NCBI GenBank assembly: GCA_964394205.1 | Contig: CAYMVS010000002.1 | Location: 3,062-67,061, forward strand | DNA length: 64,000 bases | DNA from: an uncultured Muribaculaceae bacterium | GTDB lineage: Bacteria > Bacteroidota > Bacteroidia > Bacteroidales > Muribaculaceae | Direction: 5' to 3' | In this document: positions 46,112 through 56,600 of the stretch, one piece after another | Layout of the letters: each line of letters opens with the position of its first letter | Position numbering within the stretch: the first letter of the stretch is position 1 | Notes under the pieces: generated by a model | Database searches by the model: none | The model's input: the letters and a program-made list of their open reading frames with translations, nothing else | What the model was told of the DNA's origin: nothing | Position numbers and translations under genes: made by a program

Positions 46112-46951
46112 ATGAAGTTCAAGACATTCAGCATCAACAGGCGCGGCTCCCTGATGGAGTTTACGCGACCACAAGTCATGGGTATCATCAACGTTACCCA
46201 CGACTCTTTTTATGGCGCGTCTCGGGTTGCCGATGTCCGCGCGGTCGCCGGTCGTGCAGTCGAGTTGATAGCTCAAGGAGCTGATATACTTGACATTGGA
46301 GCTTGCTCTACCCGCCCCGGCAGCGAGCCGGTCGACAGCACAGTCGAGGCCTCGCGCCTCGTCGAGGCAGTCGAGGCTATACGCCGTGAGCTACCCGACA
46401 TCCCGTTGTCGGTTGACACCTACCGCGCCGATGTGGCCCGGCTCGCCATTGAGGCCGGCGCCGACATTGTCAACGACATCTCGGGCGGTCAGTTTGACCA
46501 AAAGATGTTTTCAACCGTCGCTCAACTGAAAGTACCCTACATCCTGACCCACACCCGGGGCCTGCCCTTGGAGATGCAGTCACTCACCGACTATGACGAT
46601 GTGGTCTCCCGCGTTGTCATGGAGCTTTCACCCAGAGTCGAGACACTCAGACTGATGGGAGTGTGTGACATAATTGTCGACCCGGGCTTAGGTTTTGCCA
46701 AGACCCTTGAGCAGAACTATCGGTTGCTTGAGTCGATAGACTACATCGGGCAGACGCTTGAATGTCCCGTTTTGGTTGGCGCGTCACGCAAATCAATGAT
46801 AACCAAAGCCTTGAACATTACGCCCGATGAAGCTCTCAACGGCACCACGGTGGTCAACACGGTGGCCCTGCTTGGCGGAGCGGCAATACTGAGGGTTCAT
46901 GACCCGCGCGAGGCCGCCCAGGCTATAACCTTAACTTCTCACATTCAATAA
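46112..46951 (+). CDS. folP: dihydropteroate synthase
   Basis: MGIINVTHDSFY, DIGACSTRPG, VNDISGG, GASRKS. 279 aa. Confidence 0.9.
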   Translation: MKFKTFSINRRGSLMEFTRPQVMGIINVTHDSFYGASRVADVRAVAGRAVELIAQGADILDIGACSTRPGSEPVDSTVEASRLVEAVEAIRRELPDIPLSVDTYRADVARLAIEAGADIVNDISGGQFDQKMFSTVAQLKVPYILTHTRGLPLEMQSLTDYDDVVSRVVMELSPRVETLRLMGVCDIIVDPGLGFAKTLEQNYRLLESIDYIGQTLECPVLVGASRKSMITKALNITPDEALNGTTVVNTVALLGGAAILRVHDPREAAQAITLTSHIQ

Positions 46952-46955
46952 AAGT

Positions 46956-47732
46956 ATGGAACCATTTGGATTACGCGATGCTCTTGATATAGCCATAATG
47001 GGGCTGTTGCTCTATTATCTTTACAAGATAATGAAAGAGTCGGGCACACTGAACGTCTTTTTTGGTGTGTTAGCCTTCATTGTGGTTTGGGTGTTTGCCT
47101 CACAGATACTTGAGATGAAGCTTATTGGCACGGTGCTCGACAAATTCATGTCGATCGGCCTCCTGGTGCTCGTCATCCTTTTTCAAGACCAGATCAAGCG
47201 CTTTCTCGTCGAGCTTGGCGACCACAAGCGATGGCGGTTTCTCAAGCGTTTCTTTCACCACACCAAGAGGGGTAACATCGATGAGTCGTCGCGACGCATG
47301 GTGCTCCCCATTGTCTACGCCTGCATGAGCATGGCAAAGACAAAGACCGGTGCCCTGATCGTTATCCAGCAGTCCATACCGCTTGAAAACTATGAAAAAT
47401 CGGGCGATATGATCGATGCCTTGATCAACTCTCGTCTCATCGAGAATATCTTTTTCAAGAACTCACCGCTGCACGACGGCGCGATGATAATCGCCGACGG
47501 GCGCATCAAGTCGGCCGGGTGTATCCTCCCGGTGAGCCACGACACCACCATCCCGCGCTCGTTAGGCCTGCGACACCGGTCGGCACTGGGCATCTCACAG
47601 GCCACCGATGCGTTTGCCATTGTCGTGTCGGAGGAGACCGGCAACATCTCGGTGGCCCATCGCGGTTCTTTGTCAACACGTCTCACCTCTACAGAGCTTG
47701 AGCATCGCCTGTCGGCCGTCTTCGCTCAATGA
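46956..47732 (+). CDS. cdaA: diadenylate cyclase (c-di-AMP synthase), membrane-anchored CdaA type
   Basis: Three N-terminal TM helices and a DAC domain with TGALIVI, SPLHDGAMII, GLRHRSALG and VVSEETGNISVA. Confidence 0.88.
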   Translation: MEPFGLRDALDIAIMGLLLYYLYKIMKESGTLNVFFGVLAFIVVWVFASQILEMKLIGTVLDKFMSIGLLVLVILFQDQIKRFLVELGDHKRWRFLKRFFHHTKRGNIDESSRRMVLPIVYACMSMAKTKTGALIVIQQSIPLENYEKSGDMIDALINSRLIENIFFKNSPLHDGAMIIADGRIKSAGCILPVSHDTTIPRSLGLRHRSALGISQATDAFAIVVSEETGNISVAHRGSLSTRLTSTELEHRLSAVFAQ

Positions 47733-47740
47733 TTTTTTTC

Positions 47741-50059
47741 ATGGAAAGTTATCTTGAAGAATTGAACAAGGCTCAGCGCGAGGCGGTTGAGTATCTCGAC
47801 GGACCGGCATTGGTGATCGCCGGGGCCGGGTCGGGAAAGACGCGTGTGCTAACCTACAAGATTGTCCATCTGCTCAAAAGCGGATATGACCCGCGGCGCA
47901 TCCTGGCGTTGACGTTCACCAACAAGGCAGCCCGCGAGATGCGTGAGCGCATCGAGAGACTTGTTGGCGAGGATGTCGCCTCGCGCCTGTGGATGGGCAC
48001 GTTCCACTCCATCTTTGCCCGCATACTGCGCTACAACGCGGCCGCTATTGGCTACAGCAGCAATTTCACCATCTACGATGCCGCCGACTCCCGCTCGCTC
48101 ATCAAGTCGATTTTGCGCGACGAGGGGTTGGACGAAAAGGTGTATAAACCGGCAACGGTCGCCTCGGCCATCTCAACAGCCAAAAATGCTCTCGTCTCGC
48201 CCGCGGCCTATATGACCGACAAAGACCTTATGGAGGCCGATGCCCGCGCAAAACGGCCCGAGACCGCCCGCGTCTATCAGATTTACTGCAACCGCTGCCG
48301 CGTGGCGGGAGCCATGGATTTTGACGACCTGCTGGTTCAGACCAACATCCTGTTGCGCGACAATCCCGATATCTGTCAGCGCTATCAGGATTACTTTCAG
48401 TATATTCTGGTCGATGAGTATCAGGATACCAATTTTGCCCAGAACCTCATCATCACCACCCTTGCCCGGAAGAAAGGGAACATCAGCGTTGTGGGCGACG
48501 ATGCCCAAAGCATCTACTCCTTCCGCGGGGCCAACATAGGCAACATCATTAACCTTGACCGTCAATTTCCCGCTCTGAAGACCTTCAAGCTGGAGCAAAA
48601 CTACCGCTCGACCCAGGCTATATTGAATGCCGCCAACGCCCTGATAGAAAAAAACACGGTCCAGATACCCAAAGTGGTTTTCGCCACCTCGCGCGGGGGA
48701 AAACCGGTTGAGCTGTGCCAAAGTCAGAACGCTTACGAAGAGGGCTTCATCGTGGCCTCGTCGATTGCCCGCCGGCATGCGATGGAGCACGACCCCTACA
48801 GCGAGTTTGCCGTGCTGTACCGCACCAATGCCCAAAGCCGTGTGCTTGAGGAATTTTTGCGTAAACGGAACATAGCTTACCGCATCTATGGGGGCCTCTC
48901 GTTCTATCAGCGCAAAGAGGTCAAGGATGCCGTGGCCTATTTCCGTCTTGCCGTCAACCCCAACGACGACGAGGCGCTCAGGCGTGTCATCAATGTGCCG
49001 GCACGCGGTATCGGGGAGACGACACTTGGCAAGCTGACACGCTCGGCGATCGACCGCGGCATCAGCCTGTGGCAGGTGATAAACAGCCTCGACTCTGTCA
49101 ACCCGGGCCTGAACCGCGGCACAAAATGCAAAATCGATACATTCAGAGTCATGATCGACAGCTTTGTGACACTCAACAGCGAGGGGGTCGATGCCTCCAC
49201 TATCGCCAAGCGTATTATCGACGACACCAGGCTGCTGTCGTCGCTGCAAACCGAGTCAACCCCCGAGAGCATCTCCAAGCAGGAAAACCTTGAGGAGCTG
49301 CTTAACGGCGTGTCCGACTTTGTCAACGAGCGCCGGGACGAAACCAACCCTATCGACCATAGTCTGAGCTCGTTTTTAGGGCAAATATCGCTCGCCACCG
49401 ATCAAGACAGCGACGACGATGCCGACAACGACAACCGTGTCACCCTCATGACCGTTCATGCCGCCAAAGGGCTTGAGTTTGCCAATGTATATATCGTTGG
49501 CGTTGAGGAAGATCTTTTCCCCTCGGCGCTATCGGCCGGCTCGCTTGCCGAGATTGAGGAGGAGCGCCGCCTGCTTTATGTGGCCATTACCCGCGCCAAG
49601 CGCTACTGCATGATGTCATACGCGTGTGAACGCATGCGCAACGGTCAGACCGCCGCCTGCCACCCCTCGCGATTCATCAACGACATCGGCCCGGCAAACC
49701 TCAAACTGGTGGGGGGTACTCCCCTGCCATCCATCCTCTCACCGTCGATGCCGGGAAGGGTAACGCCACCCATCCGGCAGACACCCAGGGCATCGGTTTC
49801 CATCGGTCAGGCATCCGCCCGCCCGAGCCGTGTGCCCTCGGCGGCAGCCTCATTCGGCAAATCCAACCTTGACCCGCGCTTCAAGCTCCACTCTGTCACC
49901 GAGCTTGAAACAGGAATGACAATCGACCACTCAAGCTATGGCCGGGGCACAATAATCGATATTGACACGTCGCTGGGCGACGCACGCATACGCGTCAACT
50001 TCCCGAGCTTTGGCGTGAAGATGCTGTTGCTTAAATTTGCAAAATTTGAAATACTGTAA
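47741..50059 (+). CDS. uvrD: ATP-dependent DNA helicase, UvrD/PcrA/Rep family
   Basis: LNKAQREAV, Walker A AGAGSGKT, DEYQDTN, VGDDAQSIYSFRGA, TVHAAKGLEF. An alternative ATG at 47729 overlaps the cdaA stop (ATGA). Confidence 0.88.
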   Translation: MESYLEELNKAQREAVEYLDGPALVIAGAGSGKTRVLTYKIVHLLKSGYDPRRILALTFTNKAAREMRERIERLVGEDVASRLWMGTFHSIFARILRYNAAAIGYSSNFTIYDAADSRSLIKSILRDEGLDEKVYKPATVASAISTAKNALVSPAAYMTDKDLMEADARAKRPETARVYQIYCNRCRVAGAMDFDDLLVQTNILLRDNPDICQRYQDYFQYILVDEYQDTNFAQNLIITTLARKKGNISVVGDDAQSIYSFRGANIGNIINLDRQFPALKTFKLEQNYRSTQAILNAANALIEKNTVQIPKVVFATSRGGKPVELCQSQNAYEEGFIVASSIARRHAMEHDPYSEFAVLYRTNAQSRVLEEFLRKRNIAYRIYGGLSFYQRKEVKDAVAYFRLAVNPNDDEALRRVINVPARGIGETTLGKLTRSAIDRGISLWQVINSLDSVNPGLNRGTKCKIDTFRVMIDSFVTLNSEGVDASTIAKRIIDDTRLLSSLQTESTPESISKQENLEELLNGVSDFVNERRDETNPIDHSLSSFLGQISLATDQDSDDDADNDNRVTLMTVHAAKGLEFANVYIVGVEEDLFPSALSAGSLAEIEEERRLLYVAITRAKRYCMMSYACERMRNGQTAACHPSRFINDIGPANLKLVGGTPLPSILSPSMPGRVTPPIRQTPRASVSIGQASARPSRVPSAAASFGKSNLDPRFKLHSVTELETGMTIDHSSYGRGTIIDIDTSLGDARIRVNFPSFGVKMLLLKFAKFEIL

Positions 50060-50064
50060 CCGAG

Positions 50065-51195
50065 ATGACGACCGACAACCTGCCAACTCCCTATTACATG
50101 GTGCATGAAGACCGTCTGCGCCACAATCTTGAACTCATTGCCGATGTTGAACGACGGGCAGGGGTCAACATCATCATGGCATTCAAGGCCAACGCCCTAT
50201 GGCGCACGTTTCCCATCATTGCCGAGTATAACCGCGATTTCACCGCCAGCTCGCTCAATGAGCTGCAATTAGGATGTGAGACACTCGGCGGGGAGGCCCA
50301 CAGCTACTGCCCGGCCTACACCGAGCAGACCATCGATCTCTTTGCCCGCCACTCGAGCCACATTACTTTCAACTCGCTGTCACAATATGAACGGTTTGGC
50401 GCCCGCGCCCGCGCTTTGGGAGCATCGCCGGGGCTGCGGGTCAACCCCGAGTGCTCGGTCATTGAGACAGATATCTACAACCCCATGCTCCCCGGCTCGC
50501 GCTTTGGCGTGACTGCCGGCCAGATTGGCGAGCGTCTGCCCGACGGCATCGAGGGGCTGCATTTTCACGCGCTTTGTGAGAGTAACGCCGAGGATCTGGA
50601 GCAGGTTCTCAAAAGTTTTGAGAGACAGTTCGGCCGGTATCTCGGCAACATCAAGTGGATCAACATGGGTGGCGGCCACCTGATGACACGCCGGGGCTAC
50701 AACGTGGAGCTGCTCGTGTCGTTGCTGAGCGATTTTCGCCGTCGTCACCCCCATCTGCAAGTAATCCTCGAGCCGGGAAGTGCTTTCACCTGGCAAACCG
50801 GCGACCTGCACGTCTCGGTGGTCGATGTGGTCGAAAACCACGGCATCAAGACCGCCATAATCGATGCCTCGTTTGCCTGCCACATGCCCGACACTCTCGA
50901 GATGCCCTACAAGCCGGCAATCACCGGGAGCGTCGTTCCCGGGCCCGGCACCCACGCCTATCGTCTTGGCGGCAACTCGTGCCTGAGCGGCGACTTTGTG
51001 GGCGACTGGCATTTTGACCACAAGCTCTCTATCGGCGAGACCCTCATCCTTGAAGACATGAATCATTATACAACAGTCAAGACAACGATGTTCAACGGTC
51101 TTGCCCACCCCGACATTCTGTTGCGCCACTCCGACGGCCGGGTTGAGACTCTGCGTCAATTCTCATATCAGGATTATAAAAACCGCATGAGCTGA
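50065..51195 (+). CDS. nspC: carboxynorspermidine/carboxyspermidine decarboxylase
   Basis: N-terminus PTPYYMVHEDRLRHNLE. Fold-type III PLP decarboxylase landmarks (MAFKAN with the Lys, NMGGGH, EPGSA). 376 aa. Confidence 0.8.
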   Translation: MTTDNLPTPYYMVHEDRLRHNLELIADVERRAGVNIIMAFKANALWRTFPIIAEYNRDFTASSLNELQLGCETLGGEAHSYCPAYTEQTIDLFARHSSHITFNSLSQYERFGARARALGASPGLRVNPECSVIETDIYNPMLPGSRFGVTAGQIGERLPDGIEGLHFHALCESNAEDLEQVLKSFERQFGRYLGNIKWINMGGGHLMTRRGYNVELLVSLLSDFRRRHPHLQVILEPGSAFTWQTGDLHVSVVDVVENHGIKTAIIDASFACHMPDTLEMPYKPAITGSVVPGPGTHAYRLGGNSCLSGDFVGDWHFDHKLSIGETLILEDMNHYTTVKTTMFNGLAHPDILLRHSDGRVETLRQFSYQDYKNRMS

Positions 51196-51219
51196 AAGCT
51201 CAACGAAACTACAAACGCC

Positions 51220-52218
51220 ATGCCTCGATTTTCAGTTATCATACCGGTCTACAACCGCCCCGACGAGATTGAAGACCTGCTAAGGTCTCTCTCTCAACAA
51301 ACCTGTCGCGACTTTGAAGTCGTCATTGCTGAAGATGGCTCGACTGTGCCATGCCGCGACGTTGTTGAACGATTTGCCGACAAGGTCGATGTCAGATATC
51401 ACTACAAAGAAAACGAGGGGCGCTCGATAGCCCGAAATTACGCTCTCGAGCGGGCTTCGGGCGACTATTTCATCTTCTTTGACAGCGATTGTGTCATCCC
51501 GCCCGACTATTTCTCGACTCTCTCAAAGGCATTGGATGCCAATCAGTTGGACTGTTTCGGGGGACCCGACGCGGCCCACGAGTCGTTCACACCTACCCAG
51601 AAGGCCATCAACTATGCCATGACCTCGCTGCTTACAACCGGCGGCATCCGTGGCGGCAAGATATCTATGGAGCGGTTTGTTCCACGCACGTTCAACATGG
51701 GCTATTCACGCCGGGTGTGGGAGACGGTCGGAGGATTCCGCGAGATGTTCTCTGAGGATATCGACATGTCGACACGCGTCCGTCAGGCAGGTTTCACCAT
51801 CGGGCTCATACGCGAGGCCTTTGTCTATCACCGGCGTCGTGTCGACTTCAGGAAATTTTTCCGTCAGGTTCACGTCTTCGGAATGTCGCGTATCACCCTC
51901 AAGCTTCTTTATCCAGACTCGCTCAAACCGGTCCACACCCTTCCGGCAATCGCTGTCATCATCGGCCTGCTGCTTGTTTTGGCCGGTATTTTTCTGTCGC
52001 CGTGGTGGCTTTTGCCAATCGGCATCTACCTGATAGCCCTGTTTGTTGACGCTCTGCGGTCAACACGCTCCCTGCGTGTCGCCTTGCTTGCCGTGCCGGC
52101 CTCGGTGATACAGATAGCAGGCTATGGATTGGGGTTCATACGCGCGTTCACCACCTCTATTCTGCTTGGGCGCGGCCGCAACATCAACCGCGAGATCGAC
52201 ATGCGTCGCGGCAAGTGA
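51220..52218 (+). CDS. family 2 glycosyltransferase with C-terminal membrane segments
   Basis: FSVIIPVYNRPDEIEDLLRSL, the DxD-like FFDSDC, and two or three C-terminal TM helices. Confidence 0.8.
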   Translation: MPRFSVIIPVYNRPDEIEDLLRSLSQQTCRDFEVVIAEDGSTVPCRDVVERFADKVDVRYHYKENEGRSIARNYALERASGDYFIFFDSDCVIPPDYFSTLSKALDANQLDCFGGPDAAHESFTPTQKAINYAMTSLLTTGGIRGGKISMERFVPRTFNMGYSRRVWETVGGFREMFSEDIDMSTRVRQAGFTIGLIREAFVYHRRRVDFRKFFRQVHVFGMSRITLKLLYPDSLKPVHTLPAIAVIIGLLLVLAGIFLSPWWLLPIGIYLIALFVDALRSTRSLRVALLAVPASVIQIAGYGLGFIRAFTTSILLGRGRNINREIDMRRGK

Positions 52219-52222
52219 CCTG

Positions 52223-53620
52223 TCACCAGCAGGGGGTGTTCAGCCCGCTTAGGGTCGAGCGATGATAGGTGGGGTCATATCCGCGTAAACGCTGCGACCG
52301 ATAGTCGCGCAACAGGACGATCGCATATTTACCTAAAACGGCGATAGCCAACAGGTTGCATGCGGTCATCAGCCCCATTGTCATGTCGGCAAACGCCCAC
52401 ACAAAGTCGAGAGTGGCGACCGAGCCGGCCATCACCATAGCTGCCACCGTCAGTCGATAGACCACAATGACCCAGCGCCGCGGGGTGATAAAACGGATGT
52501 TTGTCTCGCCATAATAATAGTTGGCCACAATGCTTGTAAACGCAAAGAAGAAGATGGCCACGGCAACAAAGATTGACCCCAGACCGGGCATAAGCCCGGT
52601 GTCGAGAGCGTTTTGAGTGAGACAAATCCCATTTATGTCTCCACCATAGTTACCGCTTATCAGGATAATCATCGCGGTGCAGGTGCAGATGAGCAGAGTG
52701 TCGGTGAAGACACCCAGAGTCTGAATCAACCCTTGCTTTACCGGATGGCTCACCGAGGCGGTGGCCGCTACATTAGGGGCCGATCCCTCGCCGGCCTCAT
52801 TGCTGAAAAGACCGCGTTTTATACCCATCATAATGGCGGCTCCCGCCACGCCCCCCATCCCGGCGCTCCAGTCAAAGGCCTCTCTGAAAATCAAAGCAAA
52901 CACTCCTGGCAACTTAGTGATATTTATTAAAGAGACCACCACCGCCAGCAATATGTAGAGCAGAGCCATGAGGGGAACAACAATCTCGCTGAAGCGCGAG
53001 ATGCGCTGTATGCCACCCCAAATGATGACCAACGTCAACACTGTCAGTATGATTCCAACCAGGCATGGATCCACGCCAAAACCGGCAAGCGACTGGGCTA
53101 TAGTGTTTGACTGCACCGAGTTATAGGCCCAACCAAAGGTGACTGAGATGAGCACGGCAAAAACCACAGCCCACCACCGGCAGCCAATGCCACGCTCGAT
53201 GTAATATGCCGGGCCACCCGAATAGGAGGTCTCCCCTTTCACCTTGAACAGCTGGGCGAGGGTCGACTCGACAAAGGCATTGACGCTGCCAAGCAATGCT
53301 ATCACCCACATCCAGAAGACCGAGCCGGGACCGCCCAGGGCTATAGCAGTTGCCACTCCGGCCATATTGCCGGTGCCGACGCGACTCGCTATCGACACGG
53401 CAAAGGCCTGAAAGGATGACACCTTGTGGCGGCTGTCAATATTCCTGTCACGTGGGTCGTCATGCTTGCCGCCGCTGTTGACAAGCAGCCTCACCATCTC
53501 TCCTATCATCCTGAACTGAACGCCGCGGGTGGCTATGGTAAACACGAGAGCCCATAAAAGCAGCATCGGGATGAGCAGATAGCTCCACATCAGGTCGTTG
53601 AGGGTGTTTAGTATCTCCAT
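52223..53620 (-). CDS. alanine/glycine:cation symporter (AGCS) family transporter
   Basis: SFQAFAVSIASRVGTGNMAGVATAIALGGPGSVFWMW is the family signature. The ORF-track start (53692) would overlap tamB, so the ATG at 53620 (MEILNTLNDLMW..), 5 nt after the tamB stop, is used. Confidence 0.85.
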   Translation of the reverse strand: MEILNTLNDLMWSYLLIPMLLLWALVFTIATRGVQFRMIGEMVRLLVNSGGKHDDPRDRNIDSRHKVSSFQAFAVSIASRVGTGNMAGVATAIALGGPGSVFWMWVIALLGSVNAFVESTLAQLFKVKGETSYSGGPAYYIERGIGCRWWAVVFAVLISVTFGWAYNSVQSNTIAQSLAGFGVDPCLVGIILTVLTLVIIWGGIQRISRFSEIVVPLMALLYILLAVVVSLINITKLPGVFALIFREAFDWSAGMGGVAGAAIMMGIKRGLFSNEAGEGSAPNVAATASVSHPVKQGLIQTLGVFTDTLLICTCTAMIILISGNYGGDINGICLTQNALDTGLMPGLGSIFVAVAIFFFAFTSIVANYYYGETNIRFITPRRWVIVVYRLTVAAMVMAGSVATLDFVWAFADMTMGLMTACNLLAIAVLGKYAIVLLRDYRSQRLRGYDPTYHRSTLSGLNTPCW

Positions 53621-53625
53621 CTGTA

Positions 53626-56600
53626 TCAGGGTGTTGGAATAGAGTCGGTTGTAACTGAATCGGTTGGCTCGGTTTTCTTCCGCGTCAGCCAACGGCGAAC
53701 GGGACGCATAAATGAAAAAATATTGTCAAAATCGCGCTTGAAAACCACACCTATGCCTTGGGTGGTCAACGCACTTTTCACATAGAAGTTCTGGTCGTTA
53801 TAGCGGTTGTAGGCCTTGAGGCGAACGGTTCCCGACCGGTTGAGAAGGTATTCGGCATCAAAGTCGCCGATAAATGAATTGTTGTTCAGCGACTTGTCGC
53901 GGTAGCCGAAATTTCCGTTCAGCAACAGCCGGTTGTTTAGCAGGTTTGACGACAGTGCCACATCAAACTCCACGTCGGAGAAGTCACCGCGGTCGCTGCG
54001 GAAGTTTGGCGCTATGCTCCAGTTATCACTCAGGTTACCCAAAATTGAGCTAAGCTGTGACGAGATGGTCGATGATGCCACCGACACAAGCTCGTTACCC
54101 TTGGTGGTCGACGCCATGTAGTCGGGTGTGTAAAAGCGGTTTAGCGCCAACAGATAGATAATCTGAGTGTTCATCATCTCGTCGGTGCTGACAATACTTT
54201 TCACCTTGCGATAGGTGTCTTGGGTCAAGGTTGGGAAGGAAAGATCAAATGAAATCTCAGGCTGACGCATGTCGCCGCGGGCTATGAGCAATGCATGGAC
54301 CGGCACGTTAGTTCGGTTCAGCTCCTTGTCTTGGGCAAAAGACTCGTCAAGGTCGGTCAGGTTGGCATTGAGGGCATAGGCGGCGGTGATGTTCAGCTGA
54401 GCAGCGTAGGGGTCGCCGTTGAACGTGATCGAGCTGCCCGGCTCAATTGTAAAATCCTTGATAATAATATCTTGCAAGGTAAAGTTATAACTGCCGTGAT
54501 TGAGCGTATAGGTGCCGCGCATCTTGAGATCCTCGTTTGACGAGTCATACTCCATCGTCATCGTGCCTTGACCGGTGGCTTTGATCTCATCACCTCCGAT
54601 AGGGTCCATGATGAGGTTTACCTTAGCCTGTGGGGTGACGTTCACGTTGATTTTCATAAGGTAGGTCGAGGGAATGTCAATCTCCTTCTTGCGCGCATTG
54701 ACCTGCTCCTCATGCTGCTTCAGGATAGCAAGCCGCGGGTCGGCCATGGCTATAGAGTCTTTGATGTGCTTGTCACGGTCGCGGAAGGCGATAAACGTAT
54801 AGTCGTTGGCCACCTCGGCGTCAGACAGCACAAAGGTGAACGTCGAGTTGGGCGCCGTGGTCATGTTGACTCCTATATTCACCAATCCCGGCCGACCCGT
54901 TACCGAGGCGTTACCGTTGCCAAACACCCGTCCGTACCATCGCTGCTGGTCGGTTGGGGGCACGTCATAAACCAGCATATTGTCGACATTCCTGACGTTG
55001 AACTCAAACACCGGCTTCTTGAAACACTCATGTTTGAGCCATCCGCTCAGCAGGCCGGTGTTGCCGTAAGGGTCAGACAACACAATATCCTCAAACTCAA
55101 TGCGTCCCGGACGGATGTGCACCGAGTCGCTCGCCGTGTAATACACGTTTGTAAAGTCGAGTTTCATCTTTATGGAGTCGGCAAAGAGGTCGCCGGTCAT
55201 GTCGATGAGCTTGAATGTGCCATAAAGGTGAGCGTTTCCCGACGCCTCCCCCTGTATATCACTGCAGAAAGCGGCCATAAAGGGCTGCAGAAATCCAATC
55301 TGGGCGTGATCGGCATCAAAGTGGAAGTCCAGCTCTTCAGTAGCCGGACGTATCAGGCCCTTGATGTGGGAATGTCGCGAGTCGGCTTGGGCGATATCGG
55401 CATCAATATGTATCGACTTGTCGGAGGGTACCCACCGGCTGCGTATCGTGCCGTCACCCATAACACAATGGTTATAACTCAACCCGTTGACCTGGAGCAA
55501 AGGTGTGTAGACGCGTGGATCGCCGGCCAACAGTCCCGAGGCATAGAAATCGCCGGTGGCATGACCGCCAAACATGATATTGTCGGAAATGTTGAGCGTC
55601 GAGAAGATATAATCGAGGTCGATGTCGCGCAGGGCCAGCCACAACACCGAGGTCGTGTCGTTGGCAACGATGCCGTTGAGCGTGATTGACTGCTTGTCGT
55701 GGTAGGCCATGAAATGATCGACCGATATGCGACCCGGCTGAATATCAATAGCCGATGGAGCCACCTCCCAAACCGTGTCGTTAAACACTGCCGTCCCTGG
55801 ATTGACATTTACACGCGTCAGCAGTGTTGACTCCTTGTCCCCCTCGCCCGGCTTCCGCTCAAAAGAGGTGGTGAAATTCAAATCGCCGATAAAGTTGTCC
55901 TTGCTGTCGACAATCCAGTCAATCTGGGTGTTGACACGGTTTTCAACGGCGTTTCCATCTATGTTCAGCGTCAGCTCGCCGCGTTTTGTCGGAACGTTTG
56001 TGGTCACCACAAAGCTCGATGTATTGTCAAGACCGTCGAGATTGACACTGAGTGAGGTGCCGGTGATGAGCTTGTCACTCTGCTCCACGTAGGGCACATC
56101 GACATCAAGCGACATTGTGTGGAGCGGGTAACTCAACATTCCCTTGATGGTCACCGGGCTCATGAGCGAGAACGGCAGCTTGAACATGCGCTCGAGGTTG
56201 CTGTTGTTTTTGATTGTGAAGTCAAAATTGAAATCGTTCTCAAGATTTGCCTCATGGCGTGCCGCCAGTTGGTCGCGCTCGCCAACGAGTGCCGGGATGA
56301 AATGCCCCAAGATATCGCGCGCGGTGGCGGCCACCGTTGTCAGGTTAAACGACCCCGACACCTTACCCTCGAGAATGTCACTGTTGACGGTGATACGTTT
56401 GGCCCGCTGACTGCACTCCGACTCTATGTCAATCTGCTTTAGGTCAACGCCTTTGCCCAAATTGCTGATATACTTGACATCATTGAGCCTGAGCCAACCG
56501 TCGATATTGTTTACCGTCGTGCCCTGAAGCGAGGCGTCACATTTGAACGAGAGTGTATGTGAGGTCAGCGACTTTGACAGATTGAGGGCGGCAAAATCTA

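Noticed and set aside
48173-49249. 358-aa ORF on the minus strand, antisense to the UvrD-family helicase gene
   Set aside because: It lies entirely inside a well-supported gene on the other strand. Its sequence is Gly/Arg/Ala/Val-rich with no motifs, typical of shadow ORFs in moderately GC-rich coding DNA.
54568-55689. 373-aa ORF on the plus strand, antisense to tamB
   Set aside because: It is a shadow ORF inside a 1529-aa gene, with no start context, promoter box or recognisable motif. The same reasoning applies to 18558-19481 (antisense to gmd), 50380-51159 (antisense to nspC), 10230-10994 (antisense to nqrC/B), 29237-29929 (antisense to the cargo gene) and 17537-18106.
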